Source: Octopus bimaculoides (taxonomy: Eukaryota). From it: a stretch of DNA of 39,877 nucleotides. How positions within the stretch are numbered: position 1 is the stretch's first letter; each line of letters opens with the position of its first letter. The notes beneath the pieces are model-generated. The model was not told the origin of the DNA and searched no databases. It saw only the letters and a list, made by a program, of their open reading frames with translations. The stretch spans positions 38,702,082-38,741,958 of the forward strand of contig NC_068989.1 in assembly GCF_001194135.2 (NCBI RefSeq). Direction: 5' to 3'. Position numbers and translations under genes: made by a program. Below, piece after piece: positions 22,476 to 33,950 of this stretch.

Positions 22476-23034
22476 ATCGATAGATAGATCTCTAACTCTT
22501 GCCAACTTAAACCTCACCTCTCATTTCTCTGTCATTCATCTTTTCATCATTCATCTCACTATTGCATTAGTTTGCTGCTATAAATAATCAACTCACCGTT
22601 TCTGCACTGCCGGTCACCATGCCCACTTTGAACTACTCCCAGTTACATCTGTTCATCATTCTTATCATATATCCACTTATATTTACTGTTGATCTATCCT
22701 AACTTTGTTAGCCATTCATTACATTTCACTCTGCCCCATGTCTGTATCTGTCTCTATCTCTCTCCTCACACAATTATTACCTTATCCAAGGATGATGATT
22801 CTCTTGTTTCTGTGTTTTCTTTATCTGTTATTTATCTTCTGGGACTTAAGGGAATGTTTTGTTCCTCATCTCCTCCATTTTTACCTATGTTTGTGGTACT
22901 ATTCCAGTCCTCTGTGTAAAGTGGTAATAAACCCAACTCTACTCTTCCCATCATATATCATCATTTCAGTACCTTATATAAAGCAACCACTCTATCTTCT
23001 ATCCTCCCTCTCAGTTAAGGGGCTCTTTAGTCAT

Positions 23035-23160
23035 GCAAGTTACAAGGTGACCTCTCTAGTGCTGGTGCCATGAAAAAGCACCCAATATTCTTTGTAAAGT
23101 GGTTGGTGTTAGGAAGGGCATCCATTCATAGAAAATATGCCAGAACTGTGACACTGGAGT
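23035..23160 (+). mobile_element. RTE-tail element, family D, partial
   Basis: GGTGCCATGAAAAAGCACCCAAT...AAAGTGGTTGGTGTTAGGAAGGGCATCCA. Confidence 0.75.
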
Positions 23161-23180
23161 AAAACAAGGTTATTTGACCC

Positions 23181-23550
23181 ACATGGCTGTGTGGTAAGAA
23201 GATTGCTTCCCAGCCATGTGGTTCCAGGTTTAGGCCTACTGCATAGCACCTTGGGCAAGTGTCTTCTACTATAGTCTCAGGCTTTCCAAAGCTTTGTGAG
23301 TAGATTTGGTAGATGGAAAATGAAAGAAGCCAGTTGTGTATGTGCGTGCATGTGTGTGAATCTTTGTGCCTTGATTTGTTACTCACCACTGTTTGACACC
23401 AGTGGTTCAGCAAATGACCCCAATAGAATAAGTATCAAGCTTGAAAAAACGAAAATAATTACTGGGGTCTATTCTTTTGACTAAAAATTCTTCAAGGTGG
23501 TGCACCAGCATGGCTGTAGTCCGATAACTAAAACAAGTAAAAGATAAAGG
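23181..23550 (+). mobile_element. tRNA-derived SINE, family A, full length
   Basis: TGGCTGTGTGGTAAG (A-box-like), GGTTCCAGGTTTAGGCC, CCTTGGGCAAGTGTCTTCTACTATAG and tail AAAACAAGTAAAAGATAAAGG. Confidence 0.85.
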
Positions 23551-23639
23551 AACCCATACCAGTATCTAAAGTGGAGGAAAAAATGACGAGAAGGAGGGGA
23601 TGATAATTTTTTACACACACACTCAAACACACACACAAT

Positions 23640-23800
23640 TGGGTCTGGCTGTTTCTATCTGCCAAATTCCTCTCATAAGGTATAGGATACTGATCAATCC
23701 AAGGCTATCATATAAGACACTTGTACAAGTTATCCTACAGTGAGATTAAACCTGGAATCACATGGTTGTAAAGTAATTGCTTAAATACACAGACCTACAT
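23640..23800 (-). mobile_element. SINE family A, 5' half, inverted relative to 23181
   Basis: TTTCTATCTGCCAAATTC...AAGACACTTGTACAAG...CACATGGTTG...CTTAAATACACAG. Confidence 0.6.
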
Positions 23801-24699
23801 GTATTTGTTGCTACGTAAACTGGAATGTTAAGAGATGAGTATTTTAGCTTGATACACTGTGCTGTGACGGTGTCTTAATGATTCATTCAGTAAGCAAGCT
23901 GAGATTTTCAAGAAGTAAGTTGTAGTCTATTATTCTATAGTCTGAGGAGCCATGAAAATGTTGATGGCTTAGATATGTTAGAATAAATAGAGTGATAATT
24001 TAATGTGAGATTGGTACATATTTGTTAGAAAATCTTGAAATCCTAAGATTTAATCTTTTTAATCATAGAAAAGAAATTTTGCTTTCCCATTGATTAAATA
24101 AATTGCAATCTATTTTTTTTTTACCACTTCTGCATTAGAATGGAATGTGCTGTAGAGTTATTAAGTCAGAGATTTAACAGCTTTGTTTTCACTGCCTATG
24201 GTGACTTAATGTGGCATGTATAGGTAATCTTCAAATTTCATTACAATAAAGATTGAAGCTAATAAATTTCAAACTCCAGCTTGGAAGGTTGGTTAATAAT
24301 TAATTGATTCTGTAATACTTCTTAAAAAGCAAGCAGAAATACCAGAGCAGCAATTCATGGTATTGACCTACAAGGGACAAGAAACTTGTGTATTATATTC
24401 ATTTTTGTATATTATCAGCAAAAAAGAACAACATTTTTTATATTATATGCTAGCAATAAGTACTACATTGATGTTAAGAAGTGATAATAATATAAACTAT
24501 GCATATTGAGAGTTTATTTACTGAATGTTGGTTTGAGTAAGCAAAAGAACTCACTCATCATAATATATTACATAATGCAGCATCTAGTTTAAGTAAAAGG
24601 AAGAACATTTATTTGCATTATATGTAACCCTAAAATGTAGTAGGATCTCAAAACCTAGGAATACCTTAGTTCATGAACTTAATTAAAAAATTACGTCAG

Positions 24700-26040
24700 G
24701 GATTTAGAAAAAATATATTCTCGTCCTTTGAATCTGATTTCCTTTCAGATTACAGAAAGTTCTTTGCAAGTGTACATTTCAGATAAAACTGCATGTTGAA
24801 AACAAGATAAATAATAATTAAAAAAATATATTACAGCAAAACAAATTTTTTTGAAATACTATTTTAGTCTAATTTTGAATGAGTTTTAATTAGAAGAATA
24901 AGACATGAAAGAAAGTATAGTACTGAAAAGATATCACAGTATTAAAAAATATATAAATAAAAACCTGTGTCAAAACCTGTTTACACTTGCAAAGTAATAA
25001 AATTCATATGTGATATTTAAAAATAAATATATATATAATAAAGCTATTATGGATAAGATATGAAATAGTTTAACCAAATAATTCAGTTGATGTCTCAACA
25101 TAACTAGCATATTTTGAACTGTTTACATAAAATCTCAGTTTCTTCAGTTTCAAGTTTAATGTCATCACAACTTACACAGTTATAGTTGCACATTTAGAAA
25201 TTTCAAAATTTATTGAAAATGATTCATTTGAGTACCTTATAATACTTGCTATTATGCAACACATGTTGACATTGTGGACTACTTCCAGAGAAGGTCCCCT
25301 CATCTAACTGGCATTCCAATACTTACTGACACACTCCATCACTTACTGAAATAGCTTCTGTTCTTTGGAGTTTTGTACCTCCACCAATTGGGCATCTCCA
25401 ATATATTTGTCTCTCCACTTCAAATCATCCTTGTTGCATTCAACCTTCCTTTTTTTGTACTAACCACTTTACTCAATCCTTCTTCCTTAGAGCATTAGCT
25501 CCCTGGAAGCTCCTCCTTGCTTACATCTTTCCTGCAGGTGTTAAGCTGCAATATCTTAAACAGAATATTATCAGCTTCAGTATCATCTGTCTCAGAGGGC
25601 CAGCAAAGGTAGCAGGCTCTGTCCATCCCCTTAGATGCAGCAAGTAAAAAAAAATGCCTCATTTAGTAACAAAGTTTCTGTTATCAAATTTCAACCTGTG
25701 ACCAATAAAAAGAAGACTTACACACACGCACAGAGGGAGAGATAGAGAGGGAGGGAATATTTTATTCATCATGTTAAACACTGTGCTGATGATTCTAATG
25801 GAAGGAAGGTAGTGTTTCTTGGCTTGAACAAATTTGTGAGATTTTATCAAGACAGCAGCTGCATCAACAAATTATTTTTTCAGTACTGTATGTTGTATTA
25901 GTTCTCTCTCTTTTTCCATTTGATGTCAGTTTATCAAACATAACTATCTGCTCAGTATCTCTTAAATTCAAATCCTGTCCCTTTTTTTTAAATTTTCATT
26001 TATCTAGTTTTGTTGCAATGTTTTATACATATTAATTATT
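24700..26040 (+). repeat. Copy A of an old local segmental duplication
   Basis: ATTTTAGTCTAATTTTGAAT at 24861 vs 27916; TTTCAACCTGTGACCAAT at ~25688 vs ~29971. Confidence 0.85.
25280..25655 (+). mobile_element. 3' end of a CR1/Jockey-group LINE
   Basis: Plus frame FVPPPIGHLQYICLSTSNHPCCIQPSFFCTNHFTQSFFLRALAPWKLLLAYIFPAGVKLQYLKQNI resembles LINE ORF2 C-termini (xxQSFFPRTxxLWNxLPxxVFPxxxNLxxFKxxV); ends in an A-run. Confidence 0.55.
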
Positions 26041-26879
26041 TATTGAGGTGTCATGTTCTTTTCTGAAAGATCTTAACAACAAACCACTCACCACTAAAGC
26101 CTTTACATTTATAGTCATGTAACTACCTAACTTAAAATCATATGGTACTCAGTTCTTGATGCCTTTGCTTGTGAGTAAATGGAAATATTCCTGGTTGCTT
26201 TATATCTTCACTAAAAATCCATCAAAAATAATTTGAACAAAATTAAACCTCAACTCCACTATTTTTTGGAACTTCATTGTTTGATAAGAATAAAGAAACC
26301 TCTCTGTCTGCCTGTCTGTCTCTCTCTCTCTCTGTCACCTACTAACAATAGCAGCCATTTTCCCTCAAGTAACACCTAGCCATATTCAAAAACATGAAAA
26401 GATACATTAGATAATGTTTAGGTTACACTCTGCCTAAGAGTTGATGGGATAATCCTATCTGAAATACCTTCAATCATATATATCTGCTTCATTAGGGAAA
26501 ATTTTGACTAAAAGCGACAATAACTTTGTTTCTGTTGTATGACTGTAGCAAGTACTTAATAAATTTACTCAAGAACAAGTTAAATATAAGATAAAATAGT
26601 ATAGTCAAAATTTTGGCATATTATTATACTGGAATGTAAAAAAAGACACAAATACAACAGCATAGCTGTGGAAATGAAGATAGCAAAGACAGTAGCCTTG
26701 TGACATCTAGCAACACTTTATTACATAACACTATATTTATAGCAAAGATGCTTAATGGCAATTATAAGTTTTGTCTGCTTGCTAGTGGTACATGGTTATA
26801 CACTATACTGTTTACAAGTGATTATTTAATTTGAATGATTACAGTTTTAAATATGAAAATTACATTATCAATGTGTGCT

Positions 26880-27230
26880 AGAGTGTAACATTTAAACTTG
26901 AAGTCATAGAATTTACTGACAAGGAGCTCAACTGTGCATCTTGTAGGAAATTTATTGTTATTGAAAACAATATTGTGTTATGGGTAAAAAAATAAGTCTA
27001 ACTGCAAGAAATATTAAGTAGAAGAGAATCTCTGAAGAGAAAGCAGGCTTACTATCCAAAATTGGCAAGAAGAATTGGTTAAGTGAATGGAAGGTAAAAC
27101 ATGGATTTAGTTGAATGACACTGAAGTGAAAGTTACAAGCAGAGTAAAACTAAATCAAGTAGAATGGCTAGAATTACTTAAAAAATCAATTGATGAGTCA
27201 GGCTATAATGATTTTAAGAGATAAACTCAT
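26880..27230 (+). mobile_element. Possible decayed pogo/Tigger transposase N-terminus
   Basis: TFKLEVIEFTDKELNCASCRKFIVIENNIVLWVKK resembles the Brinker-type HTH (AFKLKVIExAExxGNRAAARKFxVxExNIRxWRK); NWLSEWKVKHGFS resembles the CENP-B HTH (GWLxRFKxRHG). Confidence 0.35.
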
Positions 27231-28086
27231 TCTAAAACCAATAGGTCTTTTTTTTTTTTTTTTTTTGTAAACCTGTACTTGTGACTGTACTTAAAAGTAT
27301 TTAAGCAAAATATACTGAGTAAAGAAGAAATTATGCTAGAGTCAGTTTTAGATTTTGTGTTTTGAAATTTCGATCTTATGTTGCTTTCTTATAAATTATG
27401 AATAACAATGGCTGTACCTGGGGATTGCATTATGTAAGAAGATAACATATATTTACTGCATTTAAAATAGAAAATGTAGGGGTCACAATATATTTAAGAG
27501 TGTAATCTACTTGAATAAAAATTGTAGCATTGTAAGAAGCAATAATAATAGAAACTGTGTACCTCAAAAGGTACTGAATGATATTATATCTCAATGTCTG
27601 GTTTAAGTAATGCAAGTTAGCAAACTCCCTCATATTACATATCAAATGTCTGGTTTAATTAATGCAGAGAACTTTCTGATTGTGTGTACGATTTTTAAAA
27701 GACAGTTAAGTCACAACAACTAGAATTGCTTTGGTTCAAAATAAACAAATTAAAGGAAAGATTTAAAAGAATTTGCTGTAATGCCTTACCCCACCTTGAA
27801 TCTAATTTCATTTGTGATGATAGAAATTTCTATTTAATGTCTGAGTGTATATTATAGACAACACAGCATGTTGGATAAAAAAAAATCCAGTGGACAGAAA
27901 AGTTTTTGAATTTATATTTTAGTCTAATTTTGAATGTGTTTTAATTAGAGGAGTAAGACATGAAAGAAAGTATAGCACTGAAAAGATATCACAGTATTAA
28001 AAATATATAAATGAAAACCTGTGTCAAAATCTGTTTGCACTTGCCAAATAATAAAACTCTTATGATATTTAATATATATATATATT

Positions 28087-29699
28087 CAGGCATTAGACAA
28101 AATAATGGAAACACCTTAAAATTTCAAACAAATTTATTTTAATATGGTGTAGGACCACATTTGGCAGTAATTACAGCTTGAATTCTATGATGTATGTATT
28201 CGCACAAGTTTGAATTGTTTCCAAAGGAATTTTTGTCCCTTCTTCAGTTAAAACAGTCTCCAGTTCTTGTAGTGTTGATGGTGGAGGATTTCAACTCCTT
28301 ACTTGTTTTTCTAAAATGCACCGTAAATGTTCAATAATATTGGGATCTGGAGACTGCGGTGGCCAGATAAGTTTTTCAACTTCACTAGAATGTTTCTCGT
28401 GCCATTTAGTAACAACTTTAGCTGTGTGAATTGGTGCATTATCATCCTGAAAGATTGTGTTTCCCTCCAGAAACAGTTCTGCAACCATAGGATGAATTTC
28501 ATCAGATAAAATGCTTAAATAGCCTTGACTATTAATTCTGCCATGTAGGAAAACCATTGGGCTGGGGGATTTCCAAGGCATAGTCCCCCAGATCATCACA
28601 GATCCTCCTCCATGTTTATCAGTTGAAGAAGGCAGTCTGGGTCAAATGCTTCTTTTGGCTGGCTCCACACATATACTCAGCTGGTAGTCGGAAACAAGGT
28701 AAAGGATGACTCGTTCAAGAAAGTAACATTCCTCTACTGCTCTAGGGACCGGTTCTGTAGGATTTTACTCCACTCTAAATGCTTTACAACGTTTGTTTTT
28801 GAAAGCAGTGGTTTTTCTGATTGCAGCCCTCTCATGAAATCCGGCTTTGTGCTGCTCCTCGTGAACAGTTTTTGTGGAAACTGGGTTCTTGAGGTGGAGT
28901 AAGTTCTGCAGTAATTTTGAGAGCTGTACTTTTGTGATCCTTTCTAATAATTCATGTAAGAGTCCAACAGTCCCTATCTGAAAGTTTTGGTTTTCTTCTG
29001 GAGTTTTTGTTTTGACGAGGAGGTTTTTCCCTCTTTCTCAAAAGCTGTCATTACTTTCAAGACAGTACTTCTTCATACACCAAATATTTTGGCTGTTTTA
29101 ATTAGGCTAGCACCAACAATTTGACCTCTTTGAAAGTCCGATAGCTCTGTCATTTTAATGAATTTTAATTACCTTTTTCTGATGATATCTGAAAAGAAAT
29201 AGCAATTTTAGCAAATCATAAGTAACACTAATAATAAATAAAAAAATAAAAATAAACAAGCTTTTGATGGTTTTATGGATATTTCAAAATTATNNNNNNN
29301 NNNTTCTAATAATTCATGTAAGAGTCCAACAGTCCCTATCTGAAAGTTTTGGTTTTCTTCTGGAGTTTTTGTTTTGACGAGGAGGTTTTTCCCTCTTTCT
29401 CAAAAGCTGTCATTACTTTCAAGACAGTACTTCTTCATACACCAAATATTTTGGCTGTTTTAATTAGGCTAGCACCAACAATTTGACCTCTTTGAAAGTC
29501 CGATAGCTCTGTCATTTTAATGAATTTTAATTACCTTTTTCTGATGATATCTGAAAAGAAATAGCAATTTTAGCAAATCATAAGTAACACTAATAATAAA
29601 TAAAAAAATAAAAATAAACAAGCTTTTGATGGTTTTATGGATATTTCAAAATTATGATGCTATGATGCTCAGTGTTTCCATTATTTTGTCCAACCCTTG
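28087..29699 (-). mobile_element. Tc1-family (DD34E) DNA transposon with both TIRs, inactivated
   Basis: Left TIR CAGGCATTAGACAAAATAATGGAAACAC; right TIR reverse complement CAAGGGTTGGACAAAATAATGGAAACAC; TA runs outside. Minus-strand transposase from ~29154 (MTELSDFQRGQIVGA) to IFQDDNAPIHTA...WPPQSPDPNIIE. Confidence 0.95.
28942..29655. other. 352-bp direct duplication (28942-29293 and 29304-29655) around a 10-N gap; likely assembly artefact
   Basis: Both copies start TTCTAATAATTCATG, end ATTTCAAAATTAT and appear identical; Ns at 29294-29303. Confidence 0.9.
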
Positions 29700-30304
29700 T
29701 ATATATATATACACATATACATATAAATGTATATATATAAACTACTATGGTTAAATGCAATAGTTCTACTTCATAATTCAGTTGACATCTCAATATAACT
29801 AGAATGTTTTGTACTGTTTACATGAAACCTCAGATTTATGTCTTGTGCCAGTGTAGCTACAGTTGTATACTAGGAAATTTTGAAATTTAATTGAGAAAAA
29901 CAAACTTATTTGACTATATTATCTTGGCTGGTGTTAAGTTACACCCAATGACTTAGTTTCTGCTATCAGATTTCAACCTGTGACCAATGAAAAGTGCACT
30001 TACACACATACAGGATATTTTAATCATAAGGTTAAAAGTTATGGTAATGATTTTAATGGAAGGAAGATAATGTTTCTTGGTTGGAACAAATTTGTGATGT
30101 ATTATTGAGGAAAACAACTGCAACAACAAAATGTTTTGTCAGCTCTGTCTGTTGTTATTAGCTCTCTCTCTCTTTCTCTCTCCATTTGGTGATATGGTGT
30201 CTGTTCATCTGTTCAGTATCTCAAGAATCCACACTGTTGTCATTTTTTATATTTCCATAGATCTAGTTTTGTTGTAATCTTTTATATATATATTAATTTT
30301 TTAG

Positions 30305-30510
30305 ACATAGCTGTGTAGTTAAGAAGTTTGCTTCTCAACTGCATGGGTTCATATTCAATCCTTCTATTCTAACCTCAAACTGCCTAAAGCCTTGTATCTT
30401 TGATAAACAGAAACTGAAAGAAGACCATCATGTGTGAGTGAGTGTTTGCATATGTGCATGCATGTATGTAGGTGTTTCTTTGTGTCTTCCAGTATTGACA
30501 TAATACAACA
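30305..30510 (+). mobile_element. Decayed SINE family A
   Basis: AGCTGTGTAGTTAAGAAGTTTGCTTCTCAAC...AAAGCCTTG...GAAACTGAAAGAAG. Confidence 0.65.
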
Positions 30511-30539
30511 GTTGTGTCACTGTCATACAAGTAATGTCC

Positions 30540-30715
30540 TTCATTTTCAGTCTTCTGGTTAATGTTGTAAAGCGAAGGGAAATATGACCAAACTTGGAAA
30601 CAGGTGAGGGTTGGCAACAGGGAGTCCATTTGGCTGCAGAAAATCTGCCTCAAAACATTTTGTCTGACCAATGCAAGAATGAAAAAGTGGAAATAAAAAC
30701 AATGATGTTGATGAT
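30540..30715 (+). mobile_element. RTE-tail element, family D variant
   Basis: TTGGAAACAGGTGAGGGTTGGCAACAGG...AAAATCTGCCTC...CAATGCAAGAATGAAAAAGTGG...ATGATG. Confidence 0.7.
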
Positions 30716-30948
30716 ACATCATGCTGCTGTTGTAAGATCTCAATAGTGGCTGTATTCTGGTTTGAATTTTTAGTTTATACTGTTTCACCTTTCATTGTTA
30801 ATATTCTTTGGAAAACAAGTATGTCTCAATATTTCTTTCAAAACATTCACAATCTAAAATAAATTTTTTGAAAACTGCAGTAAATAATTTTTCTAAGGTT
30901 TTAACATTGTTTTTGCTTCTCCGTGGTTTACAAGTTTAAATATTTGTG

Positions 30949-30988
30949 TTTGAATATTTGGAACCAAATAAGGTTCCAAATATTCAAA
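30949..30988. repeat. Perfect 17-bp hairpin
   Basis: TTTGAATATTTGGAACC-AAATAA-GGTTCCAAATATTCAAA. Confidence 0.95.
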
Positions 30989-31007
30989 ATCTTTAGCATG
31001 CCAAATC

Positions 31008-31211
31008 ACTAGCAAAGTTGTAAGCATGCCAGGCAAAATACTTAGAAACAGTTTGTTCATTTTTACATCCTGAGTTCAAATTCTACCAGGATTGACTCTA
31101 CTTTTCCTCTTTTCAGAATCAATAAAATAAGTACCGCTTCAGCACTGGGGTCGATGTAATCATCTTTCCTCCACTAAAACTGCTGGCTTTGTGCCAAAAT
31201 CTGAAACCAAT
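31008..31211 (+). mobile_element. tRNA-derived SINE, family C
   Basis: B-box-like GAGTTCAAATTC, then AATAAAATAAGTACC...GCACTGGGGTCGATGTAATC...GCTTTGTGCCAAAATCTGAAACC. Confidence 0.75.
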
Positions 31212-31509
31212 ATTTGGAACCAATTTTTTTTTAAATTTTTTCCCTCCTCACCTATACAAACAGTGCCATTACCATGAATACTGCTGTTGGGATATATCTC
31301 TGTTCCATATCACCAGGCCCATTTCTGCTAATGTCATCAAAAACATTTGGTTCACCATCAGCCTAGCCACTAAAACAGCCATCTTATTATGAAAATTAAA
31401 ATAATCATTATAATAACAACCACAAGACATCCTAACAATGATCTTCCTAAATGCCTATTATTGTCATGATTAGGGCCACCACCAATACACTTTATCACCT
31501 AAACTTATA

Positions 31510-31638
31510 CATCATCATCATCATCATCATCGTTTAACGTCCGCTTTCCATGCTAGCATGGGTTGGACGATTTGACTGAGGACTGGTGCAACCGGATGGC
31601 TACACCAGGCTCCAATCTAATTTGGCAGAGTTTCTACA
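31510..31638 (-). mobile_element. Well-preserved RTE-tail fragment, family D
   Basis: (CAT)n CGTTTAACGTCCGCTTTCCATGCTAGCATGGGTTGGACG...GTTTCTACA, with CpGs retained. Confidence 0.85.
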
Positions 31639-31944
31639 TAACCATCAATAATTACATAGACATTCTATCACCTATACAAACTCCAAATATTGAACTTCCA
31701 ATATCATACTAATCAGGTTTTTTTCTCTTTATTTTTATGGCCCAGTTTTGTTGCTAGAGTCAAAGTTTCAACTTCAGCTCTCCTTCAGCAGGTATTCAAA
31801 GTACTTTTGATGCATTATTTTGTTTTATAAAATTTCTTCAGTATATATATCACCTCATTGTTAAAGATCAGACTCTAAAGATCAATATATATCACTGTAC
31901 TGTTAAAGAACACATCGTAGAAATTAGTATATAATCACTTGTAA

Positions 31945-32253
31945 GGCTGTATAGTTAAGAAGCTCACTTTGGAACTAAATGGTTTAGGGTTCAGTACTAC
32001 TGCACAATACCTTAGGCAAGTGTCTCTTATAGTCCTGAACTGACAAATGCATTGTGAGTGAATTTGGTAAATGGAAACTGTGTGGAAGCTCCTCATACAT
32101 ATATCTATGTGTGAGTGTCTTTGTGTTTGTCCCTCTCACAGTATTTGACAACCAGAGTTGGTTTGTTTACATCCCCATAACTTAGCATTTCAGCATAAGA
32201 AACTTTAAGAATAACTACTGGGGTGGGTTTGTAGTCCAGTACTATAGTCCAAG
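31945..32253 (+). mobile_element. SINE family A
   Basis: GGCTGTATAGTTAAGAAG...GGGTTCAG...GGCAAGTGTC...GGAAACTG...CATCCCCATAACTTAGC. Confidence 0.75.
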
Positions 32254-33186
32254 TTTCCCCTAAAAAAAAAAGCAAAAACAAAAAAAAAGAAATGAACAGT
32301 TGGGGTGGGTGTCTTAGCTGGAATTCTTTTTGATCATAAGTTTGTTCAATCAGAGTTGACATGGGCTAATGCAGTTTATGCAATCTGCATTTGAACTTCT
32401 GATAAACAAGCTCACAAACAATATATCTACCTCTATAACTAGTCAACGGTCATTACCTTTTATTTGGTTCACTAATAACCACAGGAAATATATTTAGCTT
32501 CATTTATTCTATAATTATTCATTCCATTTTTTATATTTTTATATATTTTGGGTTTTGTTTTAGATCTTTTCCAGACATTTGTTTATATTATGAGAATAAA
32601 ATTAAAATTTCTGAAACCATTAATGCCAATATTTGTCCATTTTATACTTCTCCTTACATTTCCCTCTCCACTACCAACATACACCCAGAGCTATCTTCTT
32701 TATGTTCAGTCATGTTTTAATGGTTCGATTGGGAAGCAGCATATGTATTTACTTTGAGTTGTGACTATTTTAGATTCACAGAACAGACTCTCTACAGGAC
32801 CAACATCAGTTATTGGCAGATGAATTATGAGTTTGTGTGAGTGTATATATTTTGTTCATGTGATTTGAGATTTTGTCTTTGAGAGTATTTCTCCCTCTTT
32901 TCATTGCTCTGTCACACTCTCAGCTTACTTCCACCTTTTATTTTCCTTCACTCTTTCACCTTCAGTTTATCAGAAACTAAGTGGTAATTTATGTATTCTC
33001 TCTCTATCTATTCTTTTCTCTCTCTCTCTCTTTCTCTATTCTTTTTATCTTCCTTTCACTCATCGTTTTCCTCTTTTGTTTTCTAATTACTAATCACATA
33101 ACTTTGCTCTTTTTCTCACTCATATTCTCCTTTTATCTTACCTACCTATTCACATTTCTAAGTACATCTTTCCTTACTTTTCAACA

Positions 33187-33188
<2 letters not shown>

Positions 33189-33275
<87 letters not shown>
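33189..33275. repeat. (CT)n microsatellite within a pyrimidine-rich region (~32990-33540)
   Basis: Directly visible. Confidence 0.95.
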
Positions 33276-33278
<3 letters not shown>

Positions 33279-33506
33279 GTTTCTTTGTTACTCTGTTTTA
33301 CTCTTGCTCAACTTTTCTCTTGCATTTTTATAAAAGATGCATTATTTTATCTGCTCTTTCTTACTGTGGTACAATTTCTTTCACTTCAATTCTCTCTCTC
33401 TCTCTCTGTCTCTCTTTCTCTCTCTCTCTCTCTCTCAGTTTCTTTTCTATTTCATTATATCTTTTTACTTTCTCTTTAACCTAAACATCCTCATTCATTC
33501 TTTCTC

Positions 33507-33539
<33 letters not shown>

Positions 33540-33774
33540 ATTTGTGCGAAAATAATAAATTTGCATTACATTGTAGACAGATATCCAAAGGATGATCATA
33601 ATTTTAAGGAAAGAATGAAAAGAAACAAGAAAGAAATAAAGATGTGTATATGGATAGGGAGATCTGTTACACCTTTTAACATTTCTCACTGTCTCCATTC
33701 ATATTGTATATATCAGCTATATATTGTATATATCAGCTACCTTCCTTTGTCTGTCATGTTCCCTTATTCCATAT

Positions 33775-33881
33775 ATGTATATGTATGCACAAGTGTGTAT
33801 GTGTTTGTGTGTGTATATATATTTGGTGCATATATATGTATGTTACTATATATATATATGTATGGTGCATATATATGTATG

Positions 33882-33949
<68 letters not shown>

Positions 33950-33950
33950 G
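33775..33950. repeat. TA/TG/GA compound microsatellite
   Basis: Directly visible. Confidence 0.9.

Larger units (their letters stand above)
27760..30300 (+). repeat. Copy B of the segmental duplication, interrupted by Tc1
   Basis: Colinear similarity to 24700-26040 on both sides of the Tc1 element. Confidence 0.85.

Noticed and set aside
23935-23970. Plus-strand CTGAGGA GCCAT GAAA ATGTT
   Set aside because: No stem I pairing and only a single G-U pair for stem II.
25300-25640. Two apparent minus-strand exons with GTAAGC and GTAAGT donors
   Set aside because: The plus strand matches a LINE ORF2 C-terminus, the segment is absent from the duplicate copy, and the second acceptor lacks a pyrimidine tract.
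28211-28255. Minus-strand CTGAAGA...GAAA in the Tc1
   Set aside because: It is transposase coding sequence (LTEEGTKIPLETIQ); stems I and III do not form.
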